The notes under the pieces were generated by a model. That model ran no database searches and was not told the DNA's origin. It was given only the letters and a program-made list of their open reading frames with translations. The position numbers and the translations under genes were made by a program. Shown here one piece after another: positions 19,231 to 29,571 of a stretch of DNA of 64,000 nucleotides. Source of the DNA: a virus. How positions within the stretch are numbered: position 1 is the stretch's first letter; every line of letters begins with the position of its first letter. The stretch lies in the IMG/VR virus record IMGVR_UViG_3300037961_006825, positions 10,205 through 74,204 of that record; one strand, 5' to 3'.

Positions 19231-19589
19231 CGATATTTCAATATATAAATAGTTTACTTTATAGTAAAAAGAAAATAGATATGAACTGTGATGATGAATC
19301 ACAGTTTAATCTTTTTATGGTGAATAGATGGAGTAGTATGTATTCTAAAGAAGTAGCTAATTATATAAACGAAACAAGCAATAAATTTTGGAGTTTATTT
19401 GACGATAAACAAAATCAATACAAATATCTTTATAATATTTTACCAAGATTAAAGTATAAAAGAATACAATATATAAAGAAACTTAAAAAAGAAAAAGTTA
19501 AGAAACAAGACGAACCTATACTTCCGGAATTCATTTCTAAGAAAGAATATAAACAATATGTTGAATTGGAAAATATATTGAGTAAATAG
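19227..19589 (+). CDS. T4 gp62-like clamp loader small subunit
   Basis: F-x-x-NR-x-x-S, NE-x-x-N, Q-Y-x-Y-L...KR-x-x-YIKK pattern. Confidence 0.6.
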   Translation: MTIFQYINSLLYSKKKIDMNCDDESQFNLFMVNRWSSMYSKEVANYINETSNKFWSLFDDKQNQYKYLYNILPRLKYKRIQYIKKLKKEKVKKQDEPILPEFISKKEYKQYVELENILSK

Positions 19590-19593
19590 TAGT

Positions 19594-20055
19594 ATGGGAC
19601 AAGTTAATATTGACGTTTTAGCTCCGCAAAAGAAAATAATTGACTTAGATGGAGCGCATAATGAAAGTTTAGATAATCTAATTACAGATGATTATGTATT
19701 AGATTTTATTTTCGATGATATCTTACTAATTGAATTTATCGATGAGGTTAATGACGGTGCAGGTGATGCAGTAATGAGAGGTGGTGTATATATACCTACC
19801 AATGCAATCCAAAGGGCGTGGCGCAAAGGTAAAATTATTTTAGCAGGTCCAGAAGCAAAATATGCAAAGAAAGGCGATGTCGTTGTTTTTCCTAATAATT
19901 TAGGAGTTGGTATTTCAAATACTGAAATAGGTGGTTATGGACATTTACGTAAAGGAATCTTTTTAAATGAAAGTAGATTATTCGGTATTTGTAATAAAAA
20001 GGTAAAGGTAAATGAAAGTAAATCTCGCAAGTCTAAGAAACGTTCTACAAAGTAA
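19594..20055 (+). CDS. GroES-like co-chaperonin
   Basis: DDILLIE, GGVYIP, GKIILAGP, KKGDVVVF. Confidence 0.75.
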   Translation: MGQVNIDVLAPQKKIIDLDGAHNESLDNLITDDYVLDFIFDDILLIEFIDEVNDGAGDAVMRGGVYIPTNAIQRAWRKGKIILAGPEAKYAKKGDVVVFPNNLGVGISNTEIGGYGHLRKGIFLNESRLFGICNKKVKVNESKSRKSKKRSTK

Positions 20056-20389
20056 CGTTTGTGAAATAGTATTTGCGAAGAGAAGACCGAAACCAAATGA
20101 TTCTCCGACTCGTAGAATGCTATGCACATTAGATCAATCTATATTAAATAGTGTTAATGGTCGTATAACCTTAAACTTTAAACCTCCTTCTGGTCCTCCA
20201 AAGTATAATCCTGAATCTAAAAATTTATTACTTGTGTGGGATATTCTAATGCAAGGGTGGAGAATGGTAAGTTGTGATGATGTTGAAATAGTAAATACTA
20301 TTCCTGGTAATGATGATTTCTGGACTTACTTTAACGAAAATATTTTAACAATGGAAGCTGATGAAAAACGTCAGTATATGGGTACATGA
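20012..20389 (+). CDS. DUF2693/WYL_2-like SH3-barrel protein
   Basis: IVFAK, RRMLCTL, VWDI-x-x-QGWR. Confidence 0.7.
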   Translation: MKVNLASLRNVLQSNVCEIVFAKRRPKPNDSPTRRMLCTLDQSILNSVNGRITLNFKPPSGPPKYNPESKNLLLVWDILMQGWRMVSCDDVEIVNTIPGNDDFWTYFNENILTMEADEKRQYMGT

Positions 20390-20724
20390 AGTTTGAGCGT
20401 ATAGAAAAAGATTTACAAAATTTACTATTAAGAGATATTGTAATTTTTAATGATAAAAAGACCTTTAAAAGGGGTAAATTAATTATCTTTAAAGTTAAAG
20501 AATTTTATTATGTTCTAACTCTAAAAAATGAAAAAAATGAATTAAGAGAATATGAATTACCATACCCGTTCAAACATGAATGGAAAGAAGATCATTTAAT
20601 TTTTGACTACTCAATACAAAACTTTCATCAACATAATCAATTTGTTGAATTTAAAACTAAAATATTCAAACCCTCTTCAAAGAATAAAATACTAAATACA
20701 ACAGTTGTTTTATCAGCAATTTAG
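20386..20724 (+). CDS. Hypothetical protein
   Basis: Coupled ORF within the operon. Confidence 0.6.
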   Translation: MKFERIEKDLQNLLLRDIVIFNDKKTFKRGKLIIFKVKEFYYVLTLKNEKNELREYELPYPFKHEWKEDHLIFDYSIQNFHQHNQFVEFKTKIFKPSSKNKILNTTVVLSAI

Positions 20725-20738
20725 TATATAATCATTAT

Positions 20739-22367
20739 ATGCTGAGTAAGTATCTAAATAAGTTTCCGCATAGGTATAATCCAAGTACGCAGCAAATAAA
20801 ACTAATTAAAAAGATTGAACATGCATTCAATCGTGGACATAAATTTGTTATATGCAGTGCACCTACAGGAAGTGGAAAGAGTTTTATATCAAAAACTTTA
20901 GCTAATGTATCTAATGAACCAACTGAAGTGTTTAGAGATTTGATTGAAACATATCAAGCATTTAAAATGGATTCTGTTGGTAATTATACTAATGAGTTAG
21001 AATGCATGGATGAACCTCCATCAGGTGCATTTGCATTAACCATAACTAAATCTTTACAAGATCAATATTTGCAATTATTTAGTGATAGTGCGATAATGAA
21101 AGGTAAAAGTAATTATACGAGTACTTTAGACCCTAATATAGATGTTGAAATGGAATCATCAGTAATGCCGAAAAAAGTTTTAGATGATCATAGAATGTCT
21201 CATAAGTGTCCTTATCATAATGCACGTAACGCAGGTTTATTAGAAAAGTTTGGTGTACTTAATTATAAGATGTTTTTATCTTTACCTGATCATGTTAAAC
21301 GTAAAAATTTTATTATATGTGATGAAGCATCTGAACTTGAGGATGAAATAGTAAAGCAATATTCAGTTTTCATTGATCCTGATAGATTAAAATTATTAGG
21401 AGTTAAAGTACCTAATCTTTATTCAGTAAAGCAAGAAGCAGTGCATAAATGGGTATGTTCATGCATGGTATTAATAAGTGAGTATGTTAATACTTTAACT
21501 AATAGAAGTAATAATAAAAGAATAAAACTTAGTAATAGTGAAAATATTAAATTGACCTATCTTAAAAATTTACATCGTAGTTTAAACTTAATCGATGATA
21601 CTTGGGAAGAATGTGAGTATGTTGTTCAACGTGAAGGTAAAACAGTTAAAGTAATGCCTCTTAAAGTAGATGTATTATCAAAGTATATTTTTAAACATGC
21701 TGATAACGTATTATTAATGTCAGCTACTATTATTGATCATGAGCATTTTGCTAAAAGTTTAGGTATTACTCAGTATGAGTATGTAGAATCTGATAGTACT
21801 TTTGACCCTAAAAAAGCTCCGATATATATTAATACTAAACAAAAAATTAATCATTATAATCTTAAAAAAGTATTACCTAAGATAGTAAAGCAAATTGAAG
21901 ATGTATGTCAAGAGCATGAATTTGAAAAGGGTATAATACATACACATACCGGATTTATTGCTTCTTACTTGCAGAATCATTTAACAAGTAAAAGATTTCT
22001 TTATCGTGATCAGCATACACGTAATGAAGAAATATTAGAGCAGCATTCTAAAAGTAAAAATCCTACTGTACTGGTAAGTCCATCATTAGGTTTAGGTATT
22101 GATTTACGAGATGATCTTGCAAGGTTTCAAATTATTATTAAAGCTCCTTATTTACCTCTCGGGGATAATAGAATTAAAAAATTATTTGAACAAGATAAGA
22201 AATGGTATACTAATAAAATGCTTAGTAATGTAGTTCAGCAATGCGGTAGAGGGATAAGAAGTAAACAAGATTATTGTACTACGTATATTTTAGATTCAAG
22301 TATATCTGATGCAATAATAAGGAGTAAAAAATATTTACCTAAGTATTTTTTAGAAAGGTTCGTGTAA
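20739..22367 (+). CDS. DinG/XPD-like SF2 helicase
   Basis: APTGSGKS, ICDEA, MSAT, GIDL, KAPY, QQCGRGIRS. Confidence 0.9.
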   Translation: MLSKYLNKFPHRYNPSTQQIKLIKKIEHAFNRGHKFVICSAPTGSGKSFISKTLANVSNEPTEVFRDLIETYQAFKMDSVGNYTNELECMDEPPSGAFALTITKSLQDQYLQLFSDSAIMKGKSNYTSTLDPNIDVEMESSVMPKKVLDDHRMSHKCPYHNARNAGLLEKFGVLNYKMFLSLPDHVKRKNFIICDEASELEDEIVKQYSVFIDPDRLKLLGVKVPNLYSVKQEAVHKWVCSCMVLISEYVNTLTNRSNNKRIKLSNSENIKLTYLKNLHRSLNLIDDTWEECEYVVQREGKTVKVMPLKVDVLSKYIFKHADNVLLMSATIIDHEHFAKSLGITQYEYVESDSTFDPKKAPIYINTKQKINHYNLKKVLPKIVKQIEDVCQEHEFEKGIIHTHTGFIASYLQNHLTSKRFLYRDQHTRNEEILEQHSKSKNPTVLVSPSLGLGIDLRDDLARFQIIIKAPYLPLGDNRIKKLFEQDKKWYTNKMLSNVVQQCGRGIRSKQDYCTTYILDSSISDAIIRSKKYLPKYFLERFV

Positions 22368-22873
22368 TGAAAAAATTAAGACTTAATGAGTATATTGTTA
22401 AACCATATGAAAAAAAATATTTCGAAGAAATAATTGACTTATTTTATATTTTTAATCAATCAGCTAAAATACCTGAATATAATGGTATGTTTGAATATGA
22501 TAATGAAGAAGAACAAAAAGAACATCTAAGAGGATGTTTTAATCAATTGTTAGAAGAAACTGAAGGAACTTTTTTAATAGTAGATACCTCAAATGATAAA
22601 GTTTTTGGTTATACGTCTTACGGTCCTGATAATGGTGAAATTAATTTAACTTTAGCTTTTACGTCTCCTTTATATGTTTTTTGGACCGGTATCCGAGCTT
22701 ATCAAAAATTAATTAATACTATTTGTATTTTTAAACACGTTGATAGAGTAGTTTCAAAAGTGTATAGAGATAGAGTCGGTAAATATATGGACTTTTTGCA
22801 TCGTTATTTTAAAATAGAGGTTGAAGATTGTACTGATGGTCCTGGGTATCAAGTAACAATGTATAAGAATTAA
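22367..22873 (+). CDS. Hypothetical protein, possible GNAT-like fold
   Basis: VKPY...IIDLF and FLIVD...KVFGY pattern; weak. Confidence 0.4.
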   Translation: MKKLRLNEYIVKPYEKKYFEEIIDLFYIFNQSAKIPEYNGMFEYDNEEEQKEHLRGCFNQLLEETEGTFLIVDTSNDKVFGYTSYGPDNGEINLTLAFTSPLYVFWTGIRAYQKLINTICIFKHVDRVVSKVYRDRVGKYMDFLHRYFKIEVEDCTDGPGYQVTMYKN

Positions 22874-22874
22874 T

Positions 22875-24128
22875 ATGTGTGGTTTTGTTTGTACAAATAA
22901 AGATTTAGAATATAGTAAATCGAATAAAAAAATTAAATCTAGAGGTCCTGATTTTACTAATTCAGTAAAGCTAGATAAGTTTAATATTGTTCATAACCTT
23001 CTTGATATATCAGGATTAAAAATATTACAACCTATTACAAAAGATAATATAACTATTTTCTTTAATGGGGAAATATATGAACCGTATAATGAAGTAGAAA
23101 GTAAAACTATAATTCCTTTATATAAAGAATATGGAGAAAAGTTTATAGAAAAAATAAACGGTGAATATGCTTTAGTAATTATAGATCATTCAAAACAGTT
23201 AATTTTAGCTTATAGTGATATTTTTGCAACTAAACCATTATTTTATTCAGTAAATGGAGATGATATTGGTATTAGCTCTTATAAATCTGAATTAGATATA
23301 TTAAAATTTAAAGAAATAAAAAGAATTAAACCATCCACTTACGTTAAAATAAATTTAAAAAATAATGAATATAGCGAATCTATTCATAGTAATTTCAATT
23401 TAGAAGAAAAAAATAACTCATATGATTCATGTATAGATGCTTTAAGTAATGCATTTAAAATAAGATGTAATAAACCAGCTGGCGTTGGGTTGAGCTCAGG
23501 ACACGATTCAGGTGGCATATTAAAGTGGTCAGTTAATAATAAAAATAAAAATAGTTTCTTTTTTGTAGAAACTGATAATGAAGATTTATCTGTAATGCAA
23601 GAAAGGTATAAAATTTGTGAAAATAATAAACTACCTTTACATTTAATTGATTATAAAAAAAATCTTACTTTAAATGAAATAATGGAACATAAACTTCTTG
23701 AACTAAAAATGGAAGAATATGAATTATTTAAAAATGAAGTTTCAACTACTTTAATATCTAAATTGCTAAGAACTGTAAAAGCTAAAAAATTAAATGTTTT
23801 TATATCCGGTCAAGGTAGTGATGAGATTTTATCTAATTATAAATCAGGACCTTTTGTAAAAAATTTACAAAAACAATTTCCATGGAAAAATTTTTATGAA
23901 GGTGCTAATAGACATTTTATAGATCAATTAGAATATATTGGTGGATGTTATGGTATTGAAACACGCTACCCATATTTAGATAAAAACTTTGTTCAAGAAT
24001 TTTTATGGCTTTCAAAAGAAAAAAAGAATGAAAAATATAAAAACGTTTTATCAGAATATTTAAATGATTTATCAGTTAGTGATATCAAGTATGGTTTTAG
24101 AATAAATAATATTAATGCAAACGTTTGA
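22875..24128 (+). CDS. Asparagine synthase-like glutamine amidotransferase
   Basis: N-terminal MCG, RGPD, FNGEIY, LSSGHDSG, SGQGSDEI, RYPYLD. Confidence 0.88.
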   Translation: MCGFVCTNKDLEYSKSNKKIKSRGPDFTNSVKLDKFNIVHNLLDISGLKILQPITKDNITIFFNGEIYEPYNEVESKTIIPLYKEYGEKFIEKINGEYALVIIDHSKQLILAYSDIFATKPLFYSVNGDDIGISSYKSELDILKFKEIKRIKPSTYVKINLKNNEYSESIHSNFNLEEKNNSYDSCIDALSNAFKIRCNKPAGVGLSSGHDSGGILKWSVNNKNKNSFFFVETDNEDLSVMQERYKICENNKLPLHLIDYKKNLTLNEIMEHKLLELKMEEYELFKNEVSTTLISKLLRTVKAKKLNVFISGQGSDEILSNYKSGPFVKNLQKQFPWKNFYEGANRHFIDQLEYIGGCYGIETRYPYLDKNFVQEFLWLSKEKKNEKYKNVLSEYLNDLSVSDIKYGFRINNINANV

Positions 24129-24633
24129 AGAATATTATAATGAACAAATGCTTAATGAAGGAAAAATAGGTAAAGCATTAGCGACAGGGGCGTTAGCTGC
24201 GAGTATGATGGCTGGTACAGCTCAAGGTGCTATTTTTAATAATAATCCGGGCAACATAAGAAGTTCACCGACTCAATGGAATGGTGAAATAACTAAACCT
24301 GGAGAAGCATTTGAAAGATTCGAATCTATGCCATATGGTATTAGAGCGTCAGCAAGAATTCTTAGAACTTATGGTAGTAAATATAATATAAAAACTATTA
24401 ATCAGATAATTGATAGATATGCACCACCAGAAGATAATAACCCTAATAATGCTAATTATGCACGTCATGTATCCAATGGTTCAGGGTTTGGTGTTGATGA
24501 AGAAATTAACTTAAACGATCCAGCAGTTTTAATGAAATTAATGAGACCTATCTTTGAATTTGAAAATGGTAGAAAAGAAGCTGATAAAATATCAGATGAA
24601 GATATTCAAAAAGGTGTCAAGATGGCATTTTAA
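24115..24633 (+). CDS. Lysozyme-like virion protein (NNPGNIR family)
   Basis: NNNPGNIR, F-x-S-x-x-YGIRA, RYAPPEDNN, FENG. Confidence 0.75.
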   Translation: MQTFEEYYNEQMLNEGKIGKALATGALAASMMAGTAQGAIFNNNPGNIRSSPTQWNGEITKPGEAFERFESMPYGIRASARILRTYGSKYNIKTINQIIDRYAPPEDNNPNNANYARHVSNGSGFGVDEEINLNDPAVLMKLMRPIFEFENGRKEADKISDEDIQKGVKMAF

Positions 24634-24820
24634 TTTTTAAGGTTTTAACTTTACCTTTTCTTTGACCTTTGAATCCCCTAACTACTTTTGAATTACTTGG
24701 TTTACCTAATTGATCATTTTGGTTTGTAAACTTACCAGGTAAAACTTTGCTACGTTTATTAGTATCTACTGGAGCTTTGAAATCTTCTAAAAACTTATCA
24801 ACTAAACCATTGAATTTCAT
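24617..24820 (-). CDS. Small basic hypothetical protein
   Basis: MKFNGLVDKFLE N-terminus; TAAATA box upstream. Confidence 0.55.
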   Translation of the reverse strand: MKFNGLVDKFLEDFKAPVDTNKRSKVLPGKFTNQNDQLGKPSNSKVVRGFKGQRKGKVKTLKIKMPS

Positions 24821-24843
24821 ATATAATTATTTATAATAGATAT

Positions 24844-25200
24844 ATGCGAAAATCTTTAAAGCTGAAATGTATAGTAACTGGAAAGGATAGTTTATTTTCC
24901 GGAGACTATCTTAAGAAAAAAATCGAAGAGTATGGTGATGTTGAATCATTAGAAAAATTATATGTAAGTAGAGACGTTAAAACGTTATTAAGAAGAGGTT
25001 ATGGAATAAATGAAATAAGAAATATTCTTAATGTTAGTGAAGACGTAAACTTACCTGATAAAAATATTATTGATGAAGTTGAAAGTAAATTTAAAATATC
25101 TGGTTTAAAATTACCAACATTTAACGATAATCTTTCCGGCTTTACATATAATAAGTCAGATAAAGAAGTTGAAAACTTTATAAATAATCATATAATATAA
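24844..25200 (+). CDS. Hypothetical protein
   Basis: TATAAT 6 nt before ATG. Confidence 0.6.
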   Translation: MRKSLKLKCIVTGKDSLFSGDYLKKKIEEYGDVESLEKLYVSRDVKTLLRRGYGINEIRNILNVSEDVNLPDKNIIDEVESKFKISGLKLPTFNDNLSGFTYNKSDKEVENFINNHII

Positions 25201-25202
25201 TT

Positions 25203-25424
25203 ATGAATTTCAACGTACGTATAGATGGAAGCAAGTTAATTATCTTTAATGTAGTTAACGGTGCTATACATAAAGTAATAAGCTTACCTACAGGAGCTAC
25301 ATATAGTGGTCCTATAGTATCAGGAGATGTAGCAACAGTTAGTATACATTACAAAAACGGTACTAACAGATCTAGAACATATAATTTAAAGACAGGATCA
25401 CTTAAGAGTGATATAGGAATGTAA
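25203..25424 (+). CDS. Hypothetical beta-rich protein
   Basis: Operonic ORF. Confidence 0.55.
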   Translation: MNFNVRIDGSKLIIFNVVNGAIHKVISLPTGATYSGPIVSGDVATVSIHYKNGTNRSRTYNLKTGSLKSDIGM

Positions 25425-25936
25425 TGATAGATATTGCGTTAGTAGACGACCCTGTTGATATGGATAAATTTAAATTAAGAAGCATAGAAAAAGCTTCTTT
25501 ATTCCTTGGATTTATTATTAAAAATAAATATGATGAAGAAAGATTATCTATTAATGAAATTTATAGTCCTGAAAAATTTAGTATTGGATATAAAGAAAAT
25601 GATAATATAAAATTACTACCTCTCTATGGTATTTTTGTTAGTCTTAATGATCTTAGTAATAAGTTAAGTAAGTTAATTATACGGCAGGAGAGATATGAGA
25701 GCGTAATGAATCTTAACATGTTTACCAATTTATTAGAAGAGTTTAATTTATCATGTAATGATAGTTATTGTCATTTTTATAAAGGTATTTACCCTATTGA
25801 TAATAAGCATTTTGATAAGTTAACTGATGATAGAATAGGTAATGATAAACGCATATTTCAACATATGCTTGGTCTAAATGAAAATAAATTCGATTTTCAA
25901 AAGTTTGGTAGCTTAAAACTACTACTTCTAACATAA
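25424..25936 (+). CDS. Hypothetical protein
   Basis: TAATG coupling. Confidence 0.55.
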   Translation: MIDIALVDDPVDMDKFKLRSIEKASLFLGFIIKNKYDEERLSINEIYSPEKFSIGYKENDNIKLLPLYGIFVSLNDLSNKLSKLIIRQERYESVMNLNMFTNLLEEFNLSCNDSYCHFYKGIYPIDNKHFDKLTDDRIGNDKRIFQHMLGLNENKFDFQKFGSLKLLLLT

Positions 25937-25945
25937 TTATTATAT

Positions 25946-28204
25946 ATGAACGTATTGAAGAGAAATGGTGAACTTGTCCCTTATGATGTTGATAAAATTC
26001 ATAAGTCAGTAAATTGGGCAATAGGTGATATAAAAGGCGTAACTGCATCTGATATAGAGATTAATGCTAATCTTCAGAAAAGAGATGGTATGACGTCGAC
26101 TGAAATACATAACGTATTAATTGATTCTGCAGCTAATCTAATATCTCTAGATAGTCCTAACTATCAATATGTTGCAAGTAGATTACTATCTGCTCAGTTA
26201 CGCAAGGATGTATGGGGTGGAAAAAATCCTCCTAAGCTTTTAGATTTTATTAATAAAAATGTTCATGAATATGATGTATATGATGAAGATATTTTAATGT
26301 TATATACTGATGATGAAGTTAATAAGTTAGATGAATACATTGATCATGAAAGAGATAATAATTTTACATATGCTGGTATGCGTCAATTGTGTGATAAATA
26401 CCTTATTCAAGATAGAGAATCTGGTAAGATATATGAAACTCCTCAGTTTGCATATATGATTATTGCAATGGTATGCTTCGGTAAATATACTAATTCAGTT
26501 AGAATGAATTACGTAAAAAGAGCATATGATTATTTTTCTAAGTTCAAAATTAATATACCAACTCCTCTAATGGCAGGGGTTAGAAGTAAAATTAAGCAAT
26601 ATGCTTCATGTTGTCTTATTGACGTTGATGATACTCTACCTTCTATATTTTCTTCTTCTACTGCTGCAGGGTATGCAACAGGTTCAAGATATGGTATTGG
26701 TTTAAATATGGGTCGTATCAGACCTTTAAACTCTCCAATAAGAAACGGTGAAGTTATTCATACCGGAGTTATTCCTTTTCTTAAGTTAATGGAATCTACG
26801 GTAAAGTCTTGTCATCAGAATGGCATTAGAGGGGGTTCAGCTACTGTTAACTTTCCTTTCTGGCATTATGAAGTCGAAGATATTATGGTATTAAAAAATA
26901 ATTCAGGTACTGATGATAATAGAGTTCGTAAGTTAGACTATTGCATACAGTTCAGTGAATTATTTTATAAACGATTCTTAAAAAATGAAGATATAACTCT
27001 ATTTTCTCCATATGAAGCAAAAGATCTTTATGATGCTTTTGGTCATGAAAACTTTGATGAACTATATGAGCAGTACGAAAGAAAGACTAGTTTAAAATTT
27101 AAAAAGACAGTTAAAGCAAGACAGCTTATGTCTTTATTTGTTAAAGAGAGAGTTGAAACGGGTAGAATATATTACATGAATATAGATCATTGTAACCAAA
27201 GATCAGCTTGGGATACAGATGTTAAAATGACTAATTTATGTGTTGAAGTATTGCATCCAACTAAACCAATGCAACATGTTGATGATAATGATGCTGAAAT
27301 TGGTATTTGTATTTTATCTGCTATTAATGTATTAGAGATACAATCTGATGCAGAAATGGAAAAGGTATGTGATGTGATTGTTAGATTATTAGATCAACTT
27401 ATTGACTATCAAGATTACTTTTTACCAGCTGCTAAAAACTTTACCCGAAACAGAAGATCATTAGGAGTTGGTATAACTAACTTTGCAGCTTATCTTGCTA
27501 AGAACGGTGCAAAATATGATGATGAAGAAGCACCGAACATTGCAAGTAACTTAATGGAAAAAGTTCAATACTATTTGCTTCTATCTTCAAATACTTTAGC
27601 AAAAGAAAAAGGTAAATGTCCTAAGTTTCATGAAACAAAATATAGTAAAGGATGGTTACCTCACGATACATATAAAACTGAATTAGATGAATTTGTAACT
27701 GTTAAACCATATATGGATTGGGAATATTTAAGAGAACAAATTAAAGAGCATGGGTTGAGACATAGTACTGTATCAGCTATTATGCCTTGTGAGAGTTCAT
27801 CTGTCATACAGAGTTCAACTAATGGTATAGAACCAATTAGGAATTATATTACCTATAAGAAATCTAAAGCTCGTACGTTGCCTGTAATTGTACCTAATTA
27901 TCATCATTATAAGAATAAGTATACTTTAGCTTATGATATGGAAGACAATCAAGGTTTAATTAAAGTAGTTGCTGCTTTACAGAAATGGGTTGATATGAGT
28001 ATTAGTGCGAATCTTTATTATAATTATGCTCATTATGAAGGTGGAGCATTGCCTGATGCAAAAGTTATTAAAGAGCTTTTACTATCATATAAGCTTGGTT
28101 GGAGAACTGGATATTATCTCAATACTGATGATGGAGATAAACAAAGTAGTGCTGAAGAAATAAACGAAGAAGAAGGATGCGAATCAGGGGCATGCGCATT
28201 ATAA
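25946..28204 (+). CDS. nrdA: Ribonucleotide reductase class Ia alpha subunit
   Basis: ATP cone (VLKRNG), ETPQ, ASCCL, TNLCVE, CILSA, STNGIEP, YY, C-terminal CESGACAL. Confidence 0.97.
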   Translation: MNVLKRNGELVPYDVDKIHKSVNWAIGDIKGVTASDIEINANLQKRDGMTSTEIHNVLIDSAANLISLDSPNYQYVASRLLSAQLRKDVWGGKNPPKLLDFINKNVHEYDVYDEDILMLYTDDEVNKLDEYIDHERDNNFTYAGMRQLCDKYLIQDRESGKIYETPQFAYMIIAMVCFGKYTNSVRMNYVKRAYDYFSKFKINIPTPLMAGVRSKIKQYASCCLIDVDDTLPSIFSSSTAAGYATGSRYGIGLNMGRIRPLNSPIRNGEVIHTGVIPFLKLMESTVKSCHQNGIRGGSATVNFPFWHYEVEDIMVLKNNSGTDDNRVRKLDYCIQFSELFYKRFLKNEDITLFSPYEAKDLYDAFGHENFDELYEQYERKTSLKFKKTVKARQLMSLFVKERVETGRIYYMNIDHCNQRSAWDTDVKMTNLCVEVLHPTKPMQHVDDNDAEIGICILSAINVLEIQSDAEMEKVCDVIVRLLDQLIDYQDYFLPAAKNFTRNRRSLGVGITNFAAYLAKNGAKYDDEEAPNIASNLMEKVQYYLLLSSNTLAKEKGKCPKFHETKYSKGWLPHDTYKTELDEFVTVKPYMDWEYLREQIKEHGLRHSTVSAIMPCESSSVIQSSTNGIEPIRNYITYKKSKARTLPVIVPNYHHYKNKYTLAYDMEDNQGLIKVVAALQKWVDMSISANLYYNYAHYEGGALPDAKVIKELLLSYKLGWRTGYYLNTDDGDKQSSAEEINEEEGCESGACAL

Positions 28205-28214
28205 ATACTTAAAG

Positions 28215-28445
28215 ATGGCTGATAAAGAAGAGAAACAGCCAGAGAATGTTCCTGGCAAATTCTACGTTGATGAACAATGTATAGATTGCGACATGTGTAG
28301 AGATCATGCCCCGGAGTTTTTTATGCGCAGTGATGATGGAGGTTATTCTTACGTTTATAATCAACCTAAAAATGATAATGAAATCGAATTATGTGAAGAA
28401 GCTTTGCAAGATTGCCCTGTAGAAGCAATAGGAAATGATGGATAA
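28215..28445 (+). CDS. Monocluster ferredoxin
   Basis: CIDCDMC...CPVEAI; own TATAAATA box at 28200-28207. Confidence 0.9.
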   Translation: MADKEEKQPENVPGKFYVDEQCIDCDMCRDHAPEFFMRSDDGGYSYVYNQPKNDNEIELCEEALQDCPVEAIGNDG

Positions 28446-28478
28446 TTTTTTAACTAAAGCTATAATAAATAAAGTAAT

Positions 28479-29540
28479 ATGGAGACTGTATTGAACACAA
28501 AAAATGTAGACACAACTAAACAACCAATGTTTTTAGGAGAAGATCTAGCTCTGCAAAGATATGATAGATTTAAATATCCTAAATTTTTCGATCTATGGAG
28601 AAAGCAAGAGGAATTTCATTGGTTACCAGAAGAAGTTTCATTAACTAAAGATCGTAACGATTATGAGAATTTAACTGAAACTGAGAAATTTATCTTTAAT
28701 AGTAACTTAAGATGGCAAACTATGACTGATAGTATGTTATCAAGAAGTATTCATAATATTAAAAATTATGTATCGAACCCTGAATTAGAAATTTGTATGA
28801 CCACATGGGCTAGATTTGAAACTATTCATAGTTACTCATATACATATTTGTTGCAAAATATTACAAAAGACGCTACTGCTTTTTTTGATAGTATTTTAGA
28901 AGATAAAAATATTGTTACTAGAGCAACTGAAATTAGTTCTGCTTATAATAAACTTTTAGGAGATGATAGTAATGATATTAAACAAAAAATATTCAATGCA
29001 GTATTATCAACTCAAATTACTGAAGGTTTAGCTTTTTACGTTTCATTCGCATGTTCATACTTTTTCGGATATAAAGGTAAAATGGAAGGTAATGCTAAAA
29101 TTATTGGATTAATTGCACGTGATGAAAACTTACATGCTGCTATTACTCAAAATATTATTAAGAACTGGCGTCAAAATGAAGATGAAGGTTTTTCTAAAAT
29201 CTTAAAAGATAATGAACAAAAGGTTTATGATATGTATGGGTTAGCTGTAGAGAATGAAAAGAAATGGGCTGAATATTTATTTTCACAAGGTTCATTATTA
29301 GGTCTAAATGCAGATATGCTAAACGGTTACATTGAATGGTTAGCTAATAATAGACTTAAATCTTTAGGATATGATAAAATATTCGATGCACCTACCAATC
29401 CGATCGGCGGTTGGTTAAATAGTTTTTCAGATAGTTCTAAAGTTCAAGTAGCACCGCAAGAAACTGAAATAAGTTCTTATAAGATAGGTGCGAGAGATAC
29501 TGAAATAAGTGAATCAGAATTTGAAGATTTTGATCTATAA
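28479..29540 (+). CDS. nrdB: Ribonucleotide reductase class Ia beta subunit
   Basis: WLPEEVSL, DS, ETIHSYSY, EG-x-x-FYVSFA, RDENLH, APQETEISSY. Confidence 0.97.
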   Translation: METVLNTKNVDTTKQPMFLGEDLALQRYDRFKYPKFFDLWRKQEEFHWLPEEVSLTKDRNDYENLTETEKFIFNSNLRWQTMTDSMLSRSIHNIKNYVSNPELEICMTTWARFETIHSYSYTYLLQNITKDATAFFDSILEDKNIVTRATEISSAYNKLLGDDSNDIKQKIFNAVLSTQITEGLAFYVSFACSYFFGYKGKMEGNAKIIGLIARDENLHAAITQNIIKNWRQNEDEGFSKILKDNEQKVYDMYGLAVENEKKWAEYLFSQGSLLGLNADMLNGYIEWLANNRLKSLGYDKIFDAPTNPIGGWLNSFSDSSKVQVAPQETEISSYKIGARDTEISESEFEDFDL

Positions 29541-29541
29541 C

Positions 29542-29569
29542 TTGACTTGTATTAAATAGACTATATAAT
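29542..29569 (+). promoter_or_regulatory. Sigma70-like promoter
   Basis: TTGACT-16 nt-TATAAT immediately upstream of the beta-barrel gene. Confidence 0.6.
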
Positions 29570-29571
29570 TT

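Noticed and set aside
25946-29540. Introns or inteins in nrdA/nrdB
   Set aside because: Both ORFs are continuous and of normal length.
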